Source: Lama glama | Taxonomy: Eukaryota | DNA: 64,000 nucleotides | Direction: 5' to 3' | NCBI GenBank assembly: GCA_028534125.1 | Contig: CM052817.1 | Location: 57,104,001-57,168,000 of the forward strand | In this document: piece by piece, positions 1 to 13,291 of the stretch | Position numbering within the stretch: the first letter of the stretch is position 1 | How the letters are laid out: each line of letters opens with the position of its first letter | The notes under the pieces: model-generated | Seen by the model: only the letters and a program-made list of their open reading frames with translations | Database searches by the model: none | Told to the model about the DNA's origin: nothing | Translations under genes and position numbers: made by a program

Positions 1-1468
1 TAGGACAAATCACAAGCAAAGCTTCCTACAATATAACTTTCTTTCCTTTCCAAATGCTAATTGACTCCTTAACAGGTGTGTTTTACCCTGCTCTCCACTC
101 CAACATTTTAAAGAATAATATTTCTATCACATTACCCAGAGCCTGCCAGCTTCATTATTAAAAATGAAGCAATCAGCATTAACAGAGATAAATGAATACA
201 AGAAACTATTTTTATTCAATGTCCAATTTTATTAGAACAGTGTATACATCTGTATACCAGCCAAGAGCACACATTTCTTTCTTGAATCTTTTTTTTCAGT
301 GTCACACCTATTTACCAAATTCAACACTGACCATTCTAGCTCTCAGAATATGCTTCCAAATTCCTAATTTGCTCACTAGTTGCACTGTCTTCTGAAATTT
401 CCTTCAGTCTTTGTAGGAGTTTTGTTGTTACTTTTTTGTTGTCACTATTGTTAATTTTTCATTTCTTTAAGACATATACTCTGGTCATTTTATTCTGGTT
501 GACTTCAGATCCCTTTGTCTCTGTGAAGTTTTCAAAAAATAAGTTGTCCTTTGTATTACTTGTCATTACATTAAAACCTATCATTTTGATACAATTAAGT
601 ATTTCATCCAAGACAGTCAAAGTATGGAAAAATTCTGATTTTCTTACACAGGTACTGTAAGTTCAATCCTTACTTATAATCTATTTTTATGGATGGTAGA
701 AAGGTTGACATAGAACTGTTTTACAATACTCACATAAGGAGTTGATCCACACTCTGGTTGTATCAAACAACTGGTTAATTCAACGAAGTTGCCAAAAAAT
801 AGCAATCAATTCAGTGAAAAGAAAATCAATCACAGAGGTTGTTTGGTTGTTTTGTAGACAAAACAGCCAGTGGAGTGATTGAATTTTTCACTTTTCAATG
901 AGTTGTTTTGGCCTTGTGTGGATGCAGCCATTAACTCATTAATCACCCAGAACTCTTGAGTGGCTGAGAGAGGAAATCATTACTTTCCAAGCATAGATCG
1001 CATATTAACAATATGCAAAAGGCCTGGCAGGGTGACTGTGCTCAATGACCCCATTTGAGAAAAATGAGTTTCACAAATATTTTATAGCATATGGAGGTAA
1101 ACTGTACCTGATTTATCATTTCACTTTCCAACTGCAAAACTCTGTGTCCTTTAGTGTAAGTTTACAGAGAATTTAATGCATTTGAAATGTATTCATTTAA
1201 TCCTTACGTTAAAGTGAATTTTAATTCATAGAGCACTAAAAAATAATCTTACAACATATTGGATTTCCCTACAAGGATTTTATGAAATATCAAAATAGAG
1301 GAATTCTGCACACATCACAACTAGCTCCTATCCATGCAGTATACATATACATGCCATTCTGATAAATATGTGTATCTTCCCATATGGTGTTGAATGTTAG
1401 CTTCTAATTTACCTCTTAATTTTTAATTAATTTTAAATTACATTCTAAATGAAGCCAACAGGAGTCTA

Positions 1469-1518
1469 ATTTGCATGCTTATTTGCATATCTGTAAACAC
1501 ACTGCTTGCATTGTTTAT
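1469..1518. promoter_or_regulatory. Candidate enhancer motif cluster (2x octamer, FOX, SOX)
   Basis: ATTTGCAT at 1469-1476 and 1481-1488, TGTAAACA at 1492-1499, CATTGTT at 1509-1515, all in non-repeat sequence. Confidence 0.35.
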
Positions 1519-2322
1519 CTAGTCCCTGTCCCCATGACATGCAGAGGTTTTTCTCACACCATGCTGCAAATTGAGGCCATGGAAACATCAAGGTGCCCTC
1601 TAAGACTTCCAGAGAAGATTCTGATCCAGAATGGATGATACTGACTCTCTTTTATCCATAGTGGCCACAGAGGATTTTAAGAGGCCAAGGTCAGTAATAG
1701 TAGTTAAGCCCTTTGCTTTCTCAGAGGTCTAGCAGTACATGGGCTACATCTTAAGAAAATAAAACTATACACTTTTTGCACACTTTGGATTTTTAAAACA
1801 TATAATGCCCAGAACTCCTGAATTATTAACACTAAATCAGAAAAAAAAAAAAATCACATCCTATTTATGTCTCTGGTTTGATGAGTTCCTAACCCAACCC
1901 AACCAGAAGAAGGCAGCACAGAGCAAAGGCAGTTTCCTCTGTGATGAGCAATGGATAATGATTTTCTTTGTCTGAATAGGCTGTCCCAGCAGCACTAATG
2001 GCAGCTGTGGTCTGTGATGGTCACAAAACACCACACCTGCAACCCTAGTCAATCAATATACAAGTCACCTGAAAGACCCTTCAGAGCCTGACAAACAGTT
2101 TGGGATTCAAAGGGATTTGTTGCCTTCCTACACACAAACTGTACAGTCAGACAAGACTGCAGAGGTACTTCTCCCTCTTGGAGGTACTGTGATTTCCCTC
2201 TTTATTAATGGCTTCAGTAAGCTAAGGTATCACAGTTAACAATCCTGACCTGCTGTTAGAAAAGCAAGCACCATACTGCAAGCTGAAAGAGTTGGGTGAT
2301 CATGTTTAGGGTCAAACCCACC

Positions 2323-2471
2323 CAATTCCTAATCCCAGCTTTTTTACAGTCCAAGTCTGTGACCTTGGGCAAGGTCCTGAACCTCTCTGAAGCTGTATTA
2401 CACCTCCATGTAACAGATAAACATTTTAGAAATGATTATCTTTCAGGATTGTTGTAAAGACTAAACGAGAT
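2323..2471 (+). mobile_element. MIR SINE fragment
   Basis: tgtgaccttgggcaag...aacctctctga...caggattgttgtaaagactaaacgagat matches the MIR core. Confidence 0.8.
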
Positions 2472-3724
2472 GGAAATCTGGGAACATTTTTTTCTTATTT
2501 TTCCTTTCCTCTCCAACAGAAATAGATACCAAGTCCCACCCCTGGCAGATGTTAAATGTGGTACCTCATGGCACATAAAAGGAACAGATTAGACCTGTGG
2601 GAATTGTATGCAGTTCTCTTGATCTTTACTTCACTAAGACCACCTGCTTTCTTGTTTCTATAAACTTCCGCGGCTGCCCTATCAGGAGACAGACTTTCCC
2701 TTTCACCTAAGTGTTTATCAAAATCAAGCCAGACCTCAGTGGACCAAATGTAATATTAAATGTGTCAAAATGATAGTCTGTACAGCTGGACTGTCATCAT
2801 ATAATCAATCAATCAGCCACAAGAACAGCAACACTTCTACAAAGAGCAGAAAAACATACTTCCTTCTGAAATAGCCAGGAGTCATTTACATCAAACACTG
2901 GGGCTTAAGTTGTTGGGTTGGTCACTCTGTACAGTGAACTGGTACTGCACATGAGGGCCTGCTTGATGCCCCTGTAAGGGAGAATAACATCACACTCACT
3001 GACTCTACCCCATGACCAAAGATTGGAGTCAACCAGCAAGAATGCATGCAATTAGATGTAGAAGTGTAAATATTTAAAGGAAATCACAGCAAAGATAAAA
3101 GAGATCAGAGAGAAAACTAGCTGACTAGAACATACACCACAAGATCACACACAATTATGATAACTGGAACCTCAGTTCAGTTCTAAGCTTCTATATACCA
3201 AAACAAAAAGATAACTTAATCTACTAAAGAAATACACTCCACATGAAATAAAGCAATACCTGTTGCCCAGAAAAGTGATGTTTTCAGTTACTAAAGTCTT
3301 AGAGACATGTCTGTCATTGGTCCCCATGAAGGACAATCTATGAATTTGAAACTGTTTACCTACAAATGTATCTTATATCTCTATGCCTTTTAAATAGATA
3401 AAAGACTCAAAATTAATCTCTCAGTCCTCTCTGCTCCTTTGGTATTTTTTGCTCTCTATAATGGCACTTTCATAGAATGCCTTGATTCAGGGAAAGTAAC
3501 ACATCTTGGATACTCTAGGGCTGCCGTGTACAGCTGCCCAGGCTGTGCACTGCATTAACCTAGACCATGGTGAGTGGCCCCCAGGGGTGCTGCAAGCATA
3601 TGACACAGCTTGCAGCACCCAGCACAGTGCCTTGCCTACAGAAAGCACTCAATGTTTTCTTTATTACCCAAACATACTTGATATAAACAAGCAGTAAATG
3701 TAGTAAAGTACACGGTCACTGCCC

Positions 3725-3895
3725 AGATGTGCATTCTAACTCTTCCACTTGCTAACTGTAAAACCTTGGGTGAGTTACCTAAACTCTTAGCACCTCTGTT
3801 CCTCTTCTATAAAATGGAGACAGTAAAAGTATACACCTAATAAGATTAAATACATTTGCACATATAAAGAACTTACAATGGCCCCTGGTACATTC
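3725..3895 (+). mobile_element. MIR SINE fragment
   Basis: ccacttgctaactgtaaaaccttgggtgagttacctaaactc...ctataaaatggaga matches the MIR core. Confidence 0.8.
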
Positions 3896-5074
3896 AGAAT
3901 TGGTATTTTATTTTAATGTTCTCAATAGAATGTCAAATTGTTACACTCTTCCTAAAAAGCACCTTTAAGTAGGAATACCACAATGACACAATACCTTTGG
4001 TAGTCTGTATTTCTAACAGACCACAGTAAAGGTGGGGGAGGAGATTAACCATGTTAATCACCTACTATATGCCAGGCATTAAGCAATATTTCATATATCC
4101 TTCAGTCCTCACTACTGTCCTGTGAGACAGGAGTATTCTTCATGCCCTAGAACAAGCTAACCCAGCCTGGGAGTGCAAAGTGTATCACATCCTCAATAAT
4201 CATCTTGCTGTCATCAGCTAGCACAGAATACAACCCCTATAAAGTTCCTACATATCTCTCTCTCTGTCTCCAAGGCTTTTGCACATTGGTTCATGCACAA
4301 AACCAGTTGGTCAGATACCTCTTGGCATCTCCCAGATATCACTCCCCCTTCTGCCTGGCACGGATCACTAAGGAATGGCTACCAGTTCTGTCCAGAACTG
4401 CCACCTTTGCTGGACACAGGCCCTTCTGCTGTGTGCCAGTATACACACCAGGCACCACCACTGCTGGCAGGATCCCTTGGCATCTTCCATTGGGCACCAG
4501 TTGTCCACCAACTAGCAGTGCCTCTCCCCCTGCACTGCTGCACTGCTTAAGTTCTAATAGGGGAATGTAGGAGGAATGTCTCTCTCCATTTTGGGTCTTT
4601 ACCTCCCGCAGAAGAACAGCCAAACTGGAATGCTTGTGCCTTGATGTTTCCCATTTCTTAAGAAATTACCTCTTTAGATTCTTTACATTCAGCCTTCTCT
4701 GTTTCCATAACCCAGATAAATGGGAGCTAAGTCACGGATGGATGTACCTGTTGGCTATGCAGAGAATTGCCCTTCCCTCTGGATCCTAGGGTTTACCACT
4801 AATCTAGCCTACAAGATATTTTACAGTTTGAAAAATCTTTGAGAGCACCATAGTTACTTTATTAATTAAAAAAAATACATTTTCCCCTAACATATCTATG
4901 TCTGTAGTTAGGATAGAAAATATGCAAGTATATGCTACATTTATCTGTGTGTCACTGCACCCCATATTGGAAAGAATACTATGATCTTCAGAATCAGGGG
5001 AAATGTAAGGATCATGCAATAAAGACAATGCCTGGAATAATAGAAGTATCAACTCTGAAACCAAAAATATGTGG

Positions 5075-5222
5075 GTTTTATTCCAGCTCCGTGTACCTTT
5101 GAGTCCATCACCTCACCTCACCTTCATCATCTACAAAATTGAAATAATAAAATCAACCTTGTGAAATCCAAGATACAAAATTACTGAAATGCCTGGCATA
5201 TAGTAGGTGCTCAATAAATGGT
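5075..5222 (+). mobile_element. MIR SINE fragment
   Basis: catctacaaaattgaaataataa...tgcctggcatatagtaggtgctcaataaatg is a MIR-type 3' end. Confidence 0.65.
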
Positions 5223-6181
5223 GACCCCCCCCCATTATCATCACTTTATCTTCTTTGGCTATGTACTTTGGTAGCTCTAGGTCACAAAAAGTGGCTAACC
5301 GTTAAAGAACTATATTTGCTCCACAATTATTTATGGAGTGTCTCCTACATGTAACCCTCTGTTAGCTCATGGGGATACAAAGGAGAACAAGATCAGCAAG
5401 GTTCATGGAGCCTCCATTCTAGGTGAGAAGATATAAAATAAACAAGTAAACTAACGAATAAGTGATATTATTATAGGCTGTTATTAGTGCCCTGAAGCAA
5501 ATGTATAAAGATGTTAGGGACAGAGAACAGGAATCTACAAAGAGTTTTAACCATAGTCATGAAATTACCTAATTGATATTTCTAACAGATCAGTGTGACA
5601 GTTTGGAGTGACTAGATTGGAAGGCTGAACATGTGAAAATGAGTAATACAAGTCACTCTGCTCTGCTACAAGAGGGCAACATACAATAACTTTGACTGAC
5701 TTCAAAATAGTCTTCAAAATGATAAATGAACAATTTATTTGTGTAAGGGTGTGTCATTCAGATTCTTTAGGGGTGAAAAGTTTCTTTATTATGGGAACTA
5801 GTTAAGTTAATGAAATAGTTCCCATCTCCAGCCTAAATCACGGGGAATACATCAGAAGACTCCAAAGTCACAGATGAAGGAGAGTTGTGCCAAATTTGGA
5901 ATAAAGAGATTTAGAAGGCTGCCAGCAGGCTCAGGGCACAGATTTCACATGACACAGGAGGGGAAAATAGCGAGTAATGCCAGCTAGGTCTTTCTGCAAG
6001 GAAGGAGCCAAGACCAGCTCTTAACAGAAAGCTGAGCTTGGTCATTTGATTTCCATTAGCATCACGTTAGTCTCTCCACCTTAGGGGCAATTTTACACAA
6101 TCTGAGAAGCCTCTAACACACAAACACATATGATATATATGTGATACATATATAAGATCAAGTTAATTTAGTTCATTAGTT

Positions 6182-6402
6182 TTATTCCTCCCCAGTTTTA
6201 TTGAGATATAATTGACATATATAACATTGTGTAAGTTTTAAGCGCACAACATAAGGATTCAATATATGCATATACTGTGAAATGATTGCCACAAAAAGTG
6301 TAGTTAACATCCATCACTGGATGTTACATTTCACATAGTAACAAATTTCTTTTTCTTGTGATAAAAACCTTTAAGACCTACTCTCTTAACAGCTTTCAAA
6401 TA
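6182..6402 (-). mobile_element. 5'-truncated L1 3' end (L1MA9-like) with 12-bp TSD
   Basis: ttttattgagatataattgacat...aagacctactctcttaacagctttcaaata; perfect TSD agttcattagtt at 6170-6181 and 6403-6414. Confidence 0.85.
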
Positions 6403-7257
6403 AGTTCATTAGTTCTATAAATAATTTTTCTAAAATACAGAGTTCTTGCAAAAATAACATAGCCCATTAGAAAAAGTTAACAGAGTCTACACTGTTAAGA
6501 GAGTCTACACAGAGAGCCCCATCTCTCAATTTCTAGGATTATCAGTACTTAGAATAAAAAATAAATGTGTTTCTTTGTCAGGAAAGTATCACTGCACAAT
6601 AATCCATTAGGAGACTGGATTATTTTAACAGATGAGTTTCATTAAACTGGAAGGGCCTTGAGGGGATGAGTCTCTTAAGAGTTAAGCTTTGATGAGGGAA
6701 CAGTAAGGAGCCGGGAAGGGTGGATATGAATGAGGCTTGAGCATCAAGGTCCTGAGGTCCCAGCAGCACAGGTCCAGCGGTACCTAAAGGTCATAGAAAA
6801 GAGGCTGCAACAGAGGGAAGGGGCAGGAGACCCTGAAGACAAAATTCACCTCCGTAATACTGTGTTCAAAGGTGGTCCCACCAATACTCTACCTCCTGTT
6901 TTCTGTGGTGTCTGTTTGTTAATTGTCTGTTTCCCATAGTCGATCTAGAGACACAAGAGACAGATTCTATCTTCTCATTCTAATCCCATCCTTCAGATAC
7001 AAGGAGCCACCAACAAAATATGTTCTTGAAAGGTCAAATTTAGACTGGAATAAAATACTGGGGAAAAAATTAAAAGCTAAAGTAGCTTTAGCTTTTTTGT
7101 AGTTCCTATGAAATCGAAAGCAAGAAACAGCAACATGTACTTGACAGAACATGAAGTCTTGTGCTCTCTGCAGGGAGAGATGAGGTGATTCTTTGGATGC
7201 TGATCAAAATTCCCTGCCTCCCTCTGGGTAGCTGCTGAACGTTACAATGGCAGGAGA

Positions 7258-7276
7258 GCTGCGCCATCTTGTGGGA
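7258..7276 (-). promoter_or_regulatory. Candidate CTCF site (overlaps a YY1-type AAGATGGCG)
   Basis: Minus strand reads CCCACAAGATGGCGCAG, a close match to the CTCF core, with a retained CpG in CpG-poor DNA. Confidence 0.55.
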
Positions 7277-7534
7277 AGATACATGGCATCAGCATTCACC
7301 TGCAGAGGCTTTTTCCTCCTTACACACACACACATTCACATGCACTTGCCTTTTTCAAGGAAGATTTGAGAACAAAACCCAAAGCTGAGTGAGTTGACAA
7401 GTACAAACGTACCATAAATTAAAGGTATTCTCTGGAAAGCTTCACAACAAATTAATTTATAAATGAAAAAGATTGAAATGCAGTATCTTCCTTATATCCT
7501 TAATTTTTCGGAAAGAATTATAATAATATCTGAT

Positions 7535-7730
7535 AGTTATTGAATGTGTACTCTGTGTATTTACTCAGGTAAGTACTATCTAGGTACTTAACGTGTATTA
7601 ATACATGTCATCTCACAAACACCCTATGAAATATGACTATTACCATCCCATTTTACAGGTGAGGAAACTGAAACCGAGAGGTTCAGTAACTTGCCCAAAG
7701 TCACATAGCTGGTAGGTGGCAGAGCAGGAA
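7535..7730 (-). mobile_element. MIR SINE
   Basis: ccccattttacaggtgaggaaactgaa...gtaacttgcccaaagtcacatagctggtaggtggcagagc. Confidence 0.9.
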
Positions 7731-8104
7731 TATTACCATGATCTTGAGCTGGTAAGCACTATGTTAGGCTGCTTCTCTGATATACACAATGCAGCACAGT
7801 GAGAATGGACACCCATTTAGGAAGGTCAGAGGACATAAGACTTTGAAAAGCATGTTCCTAGAGCATAAGACTGATTTTAAATTACTGAAAAATACAACTC
7901 TCTGAGCTTCCTATAAAGCAGAACCTTTACAAAAAACAACTTCTTGAAAATCACTTTTATAACAAATAAAGTTCTCTTTTCAGAATCATAGAATTTGGAA
8001 CTAAGGGGAAAGACCCCTTGATAGTTATGATTATTACATCAATATCATCTTCATCATCACCATTATCATTGTTGTCATTGTCAAAATCATCATTATCCTA
8101 ATCA

Positions 8105-8250
8105 CTAGCATTTATTGTTTTACTTTATGTCAGAGATTGTGTTCAGTGCCTTGAAGTTATGTGGTTACAAACTCTTTACTTTATAGATTAGTAAACTGAG
8201 GCCCAGTGAACTTAGGAGACTTGCCTAAGACTCTACTAACAGTCAGTGGT
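8105..8250 (-). mobile_element. MIR SINE fragment
   Basis: ttatagattagtaaactgaggcccagtgaacttaggagacttgcctaag. Confidence 0.7.
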
Positions 8251-9845
8251 CAGCTGATTCTGTAATCATGCACAGCCCAGTGCACTTTCCTGTATACCAA
8301 GTCACATCCCCTACTAAACAGAATAGTCATCATCAACCAACATTTGGAGAATAGCGGTATGTTTTTCCATCTCCAACTATCTTAGTAACACTAATTTTCT
8401 CCAAAAATGCTTTGTCATTTCTTTGAAAACCTTCATCTTCTTTCTCTTCCAGGGTGACATGTCGTCATTTCAGCTTGGTTACTTTTGATGCAATTTAATC
8501 TGATTTTGCTTGAAACCAATTACTCTTCTTACATCTGTTTGATCATTCAGCAACTAACAGGCATTTTCCACAACTGCTGATAGAGAAAAACAGGAAAACA
8601 TACAGCTCACCTTATATACCCTGATTAATCTGAGCTGGGCATGAGTCACATATCTTGAATTTGGAAAATGTATATGTTTCCAGACTTCTCCCTTCTCTTT
8701 ATTCCTAGGAAAGAGGCTGGAGACTCAGGCACCAGCAGGGTAAGCCTGTGTACAAAGCTGCTTGTGGTGGTGCCCAGACAGAACTGGTTACAAAGGACAG
8801 GAGAGGCTGGAGGTCTTCCCAGCACATACCTTCCCCACAACTTCCAAGGGAAAAAACAGACTCTTAACTCTCAGTAACCCAACTATTCTATTAAGATAGA
8901 TGAAACATTTAAATTGTAAAATTCAAGTCATGGTTTTCCTTGAATAGAAGTAAAAGTCTTTCTATTCAGAGTGAAAACTAAAACCTACCAAGATATATCT
9001 AAGTAATCCATGTCCTTCCCACCCATGGATCCCAACATGTTAATCAGACGTGTAGTTCCAGCATCAGGACCATTTGGTGTGTGGTGAGGTCACCTTAGAC
9101 AGACTCCTTTGAAGAGAGAAGCTATCTGGAATGAGAAGAGAACTTGCTGGAAATGGTCAGATAAATAAAAGTAGATTATAGCCTATCTGCCAGGAACCAC
9201 ACTTTTTCCCCAGCCATTTTCAGGAAGAGCTAGAGAAGTAGATTGCAGTGCCATTACGGGTCATTTTGTCTCCTGAGCTGCGCCACCCTATGCTCCTTTT
9301 TCATTCCAACTGCTGCATTTCTGGAGGATCATATTGTCATTTTTCTCCTCCCTGTCTAACACCGATCGCACTTCTGGGCTGTTGTTCTCACCGTTGATGG
9401 TGTTAATCTCCATAGGAACCAATGTGACTCACAGGGTCAATGTGTGCTTGGCAAGTCCTGTTACAATCATTGCCAGCATGTTAACAGCAATGGCAGCATA
9501 ATCCATGGTGATCACATTTTTGTTTTGTGAATTTTCGGATGAGTCACGCAGCTTAAAGGCAACAGGCTCAGGGGAAATCTTAGCTTTCCGAGCTTAGCAC
9601 TTTGGAGTAAAACCTATCACAGCCACCTTCTACGCAAGCTGCATTCCAGCATCTCTCATTTCAGAAGCCATGGAGTCCACTACTTGCTAAGGAATGAGGC
9701 TTTCTTGGACTTTTCTATGTATCCATTGTCCTGGTTTGGGGTCATGCAGTCTTTCTATGGATAATAAGAGTTATTTAATGGAGAAGATAGCAATGGTAAT
9801 GGAAATAATCACTCTCGTTTTCATCAGAACAATCTCCTTTTTCTA

Positions 9846-9880
9846 TTGTTGCTGCTGCTGCTGCTGCTTCTGCTGTTGTT
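9846..9880 (+). repeat. (TGC)n/(TGT)n microsatellite
   Basis: ttgttgctgctgctgctgctgcttctgctgttgtt. Confidence 0.9.
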
Positions 9881-11050
9881 TTCATTTGATAACATGAAAT
9901 CTGCCCTCTGGTTTCCTACAAGATGACTCCAGTGAAAGAAATCTGTTTGCTTAATTGAGAGGGTCTCACAAAGTCTGAGTGGCTAAAGGCAAGTTAGAGA
10001 TTACCTAACCACCGCCCCCAATCTGGTAGAGGTGTCCAATAGATGTGTCCAGAATCTTTTTGTTTAGTGCAAAGCAGAGTCTTCCTCTCCTTCCTAGGAT
10101 GCACCATCCACTGGTGAACTGCTCTAATTATTATTAGAAAGCCTTTCCTTATACTTGAGCCAAACCTGTCCTCTGTTCCTTTCACCAACATATTATTATT
10201 CTGCTATCTGGGGAAAGACTAAAACCCACTCTTCCCTTTGTACTTCCATTTTATCTCTACCAGGGTCTTCTAATAGCCAGCCCTTTCTGTCTCGACATTA
10301 GGACTCATCACATGTTTTTGGTGTGTCTATCTTTTCAACCAAGTGAGTTTCTGGAGAACAAAAAGCATGTGTCTTTGTGTAACAAGTACCTACATTTGAT
10401 GACACCCATTCAAATACTTCACATTGGCTTTTATTTCTCCTAAGGTCATCTAGTCCAAGCTAAACATTTCTAATTCCTTCAACTATTCCTCAAGTCAGCA
10501 AGCAGATACTGGCCTCTTGTTGCCTCCTCCCTCCAATAGGAGCACTAATGGGGTGAAAGAAGGCAGATTAGATTATATACTGTCTCTGTGACAAAAACTA
10601 TTCTTTCAAATATCATGCTGTGTGGTGAAAATATGAAGTAGTTCAAAAATTCTATAAAAGATGCTCTAGGTCCTTCAAACAGCCTTGAACTTGTACAATA
10701 AATGAAAACTTTATAACAGGAAAAGACTGTAGACATCACCGCATCCAATCATTACCAAGGAGGATATGGGGACCCAAGAATCAAACTGAACTGCCTAAGG
10801 TCACAGAGCTTGTTACTGTCAGAGCCAAGACTGGAAACTGTCTTCTTTTTCTCTCTATAGTGTTTTTTACAACACACCACACTAACTCAAAGGGAGTATT
10901 ATGCTAAGCACTTTGTAAGTTCCTGAATAGTTAACTGGGGATTTTAAACATGGAAAGTGCCTTCTTAAATCTTGGGACCTAAATGTTAGCACATTCTCTC
11001 CTTCTGATAGCATTTATGTGGAGAATGCCACCTCCTGTAGCATTTAAATA

Positions 11051-11099
11051 TTCCAGCAGGGTTTTTTGGGTTGTTTTTTTTTTTTTCCAGCAGGGTTTT
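11051..11099 (-). mobile_element. Poly(A)-only retroposition scar with 15-bp TSD
   Basis: ttccagcagggtttt at 11051-11065 and 11085-11099 flanks a T-rich tract. Confidence 0.6.
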
Positions 11100-11136
11100 A
11101 AGGCTTACAGCTACTGCCTCTGGCGATCTTAGTTTT

Positions 11137-12531
11137 TTGGAGTTGTTTTGTTTTTATTGAAATTTAGTCAGTTAACAATGTTGTGTCAGTTTCTGGTGTA
11201 CAGCACAATACTTCACTCATACAGAAACATACATATATTCGTTTTCATATTCTTTTTCACCATAGGTTACTACAAGATACTGAATATAGTTCCCTGTGCT
11301 ACACAGTATGAACTTGTTGTTTATCTATTTTATGTATATTAGTTAGTATCCCCATTCAGTGTGACTGAAAGAAGGCTCTTGTTAACCCTGAAACCAGTAC
11401 CTGCTAAGTTCCTACCAAGTCACTTTACCAAATTACAACAGGAACTTCCTTATTCAATGCAATCAGAAAAATTAAATATAATAGTTGGGTCAAGCAGAAA
11501 ACTCCTAATTTATCCCTTCCCACCCCCTTCCCTCACTGGTAACCTTAAGTTTGTTTTCTATGTCTACGAGTCTGTTTCTGTTTTGAAAATAAGTTCATTT
11601 GTCTTTTTTTTTAGAGTCCACATACAACTGTTATCATATGGTAATTTTCCTTCTCTTTCTGGCTTACTTCACTTAGAAGAACATTCTCCAGGTTCATCCT
11701 TGTTGCTGCAAATAGCATTATTTTATTATTTTATGGCTAGTAGTATTCCATTGTATATATACACCACAACTTCTCTATCCAGTCATCTGTCAATGGACAT
11801 TTAGGTTGCCTCCATGTCTTGGCTATTGTAAATTATGCTGCTATGAACATTGGGGTGTATGCATCTTTTTGAATTAAGGTTCTCTCTGGATATATGCCCA
11901 GGAGTGGGATTGATGGATCCTAAGGTAAGTCTGTTTTTCAGTTTTCTGAGGAATCTCCATATCATTTTCCACAACAGCTGCACCAAACTACATTCCTACC
12001 AACAGTGTAGGAGGGCTCCCTTTTCTCCACAGCCTCTCCAGCGTTTATTGTTTGTGGACTTTTGAATGATGGCCATTCAGACTGCTGTGAGGTGATACCT
12101 CATTGTAGTTCTGATTTGCATTTCTCCGATAATTAGTGGTACTGAGCATTTTTTCATATGCCTATTGGCCCCTCATACATCTTCACTGCAGAATTGCTTG
12201 TTTAGGTCTTCTGCCCATTTCTGGATTGGGCTGTTTGCTTTTTTTTTTTTCTTGTTAAACTGTATGAGCTGCTTATATATTCTAGAGATTAAGTCCTGTC
12301 AGTCTCATCTTTTGCAAATATTTTCTCCCATTCTGTAGGTTGTCGTTTTGTTTTATTCATGGTTTCCTTTGCTGTGCAAAAGCTTACTAAGTTTAATTAG
12401 GTCCCATTTGTTCATTTTTGCTTTTACTTCTGTTGCTTGGGTAGATTACCCTAGAAGAACATTGCTGAGATTTACTTCAGAGAATGTTTTGCCTATATTT
12501 TCTTCTAAGAGGTTTATAGTGTCTTCTCTTA
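11137..12531 (-). mobile_element. 5'-truncated lineage-specific LINE-1 (ORF2 C-terminus + 3' UTR)
   Basis: L1 ORF2 end and cetartiodactyl-type 3' UTR; TSD gcgatcttagtttt (11123-11136) / gcaatcttagtttt (12532-12545). Confidence 0.95.
11351..11503 (+). repeat. Direct repeat copy 1 (about 153 bp), inserted in the L1 3' UTR
   Basis: About 85% identical by hand alignment to 13292-13444. Confidence 0.9.
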
Positions 12532-13291
12532 GCAATCTTAGTTTTGATCCCAGAAAGCAGAGATCATGCTGATATAGAATCTCCAGAACCTGACAGTCTT
12601 TCATCTTCATACTGATCATATGTCAGCACTTAGTACAGTACCTGGCAAATGCTAGACATTTAAATAATATTTGCTGACTGATCAATAACTTTGTAGTTAT
12701 TCATTGTTGAATTCATGACTAAGTTCAAACCCAGGCTAAATTCCCCTATCATTTGACCTATTTCCTATTTCTAGACCACATGCCCAATAATCAACTGATT
12801 TATGTTCATCATCATCATTAAATACTAATGTTTATACAAACAAAATATAGTTTGAAACTTAAATATGCTAAAAACAAAAAGTAAACATAGAAGACTATTC
12901 CAACTTGCAAATGTGTGGTGTTCCAAAAGATTGTATGTAAACTAGGGATGAGATCTTGAAACATGTATTTTAAAGAAGTAAAAGGAGGAAGAAAATGAAG
13001 AGAAAAGAAAAAGAAAAAGAAAATACTGTTTTCACTAAAAGTGACTGGCAGAGTATTTCCTTTGTGTTGGTGAGGCATATTATAAAGAACATGATATAGG
13101 AAAAAAAAAGGAAGAAACTGTTTGCATTTCTGGCTCTATGACCTTGGGTTAAATAAATTCCCAGGGCTGAAAAACAAGACACCATTTATGATGCTGTTTA
13201 TATAGGGAACATCAGGCCCACTTCAGAATGCTGGGAATCCAAATCCCAGTTCTTAAAACAGCCACTTGCCAGGTAAGAAGGAAATTTGCTC

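Noticed and set aside
9694..9897. Poly-cysteine small ORF
   Set aside because: Product of a (TGC)n microsatellite
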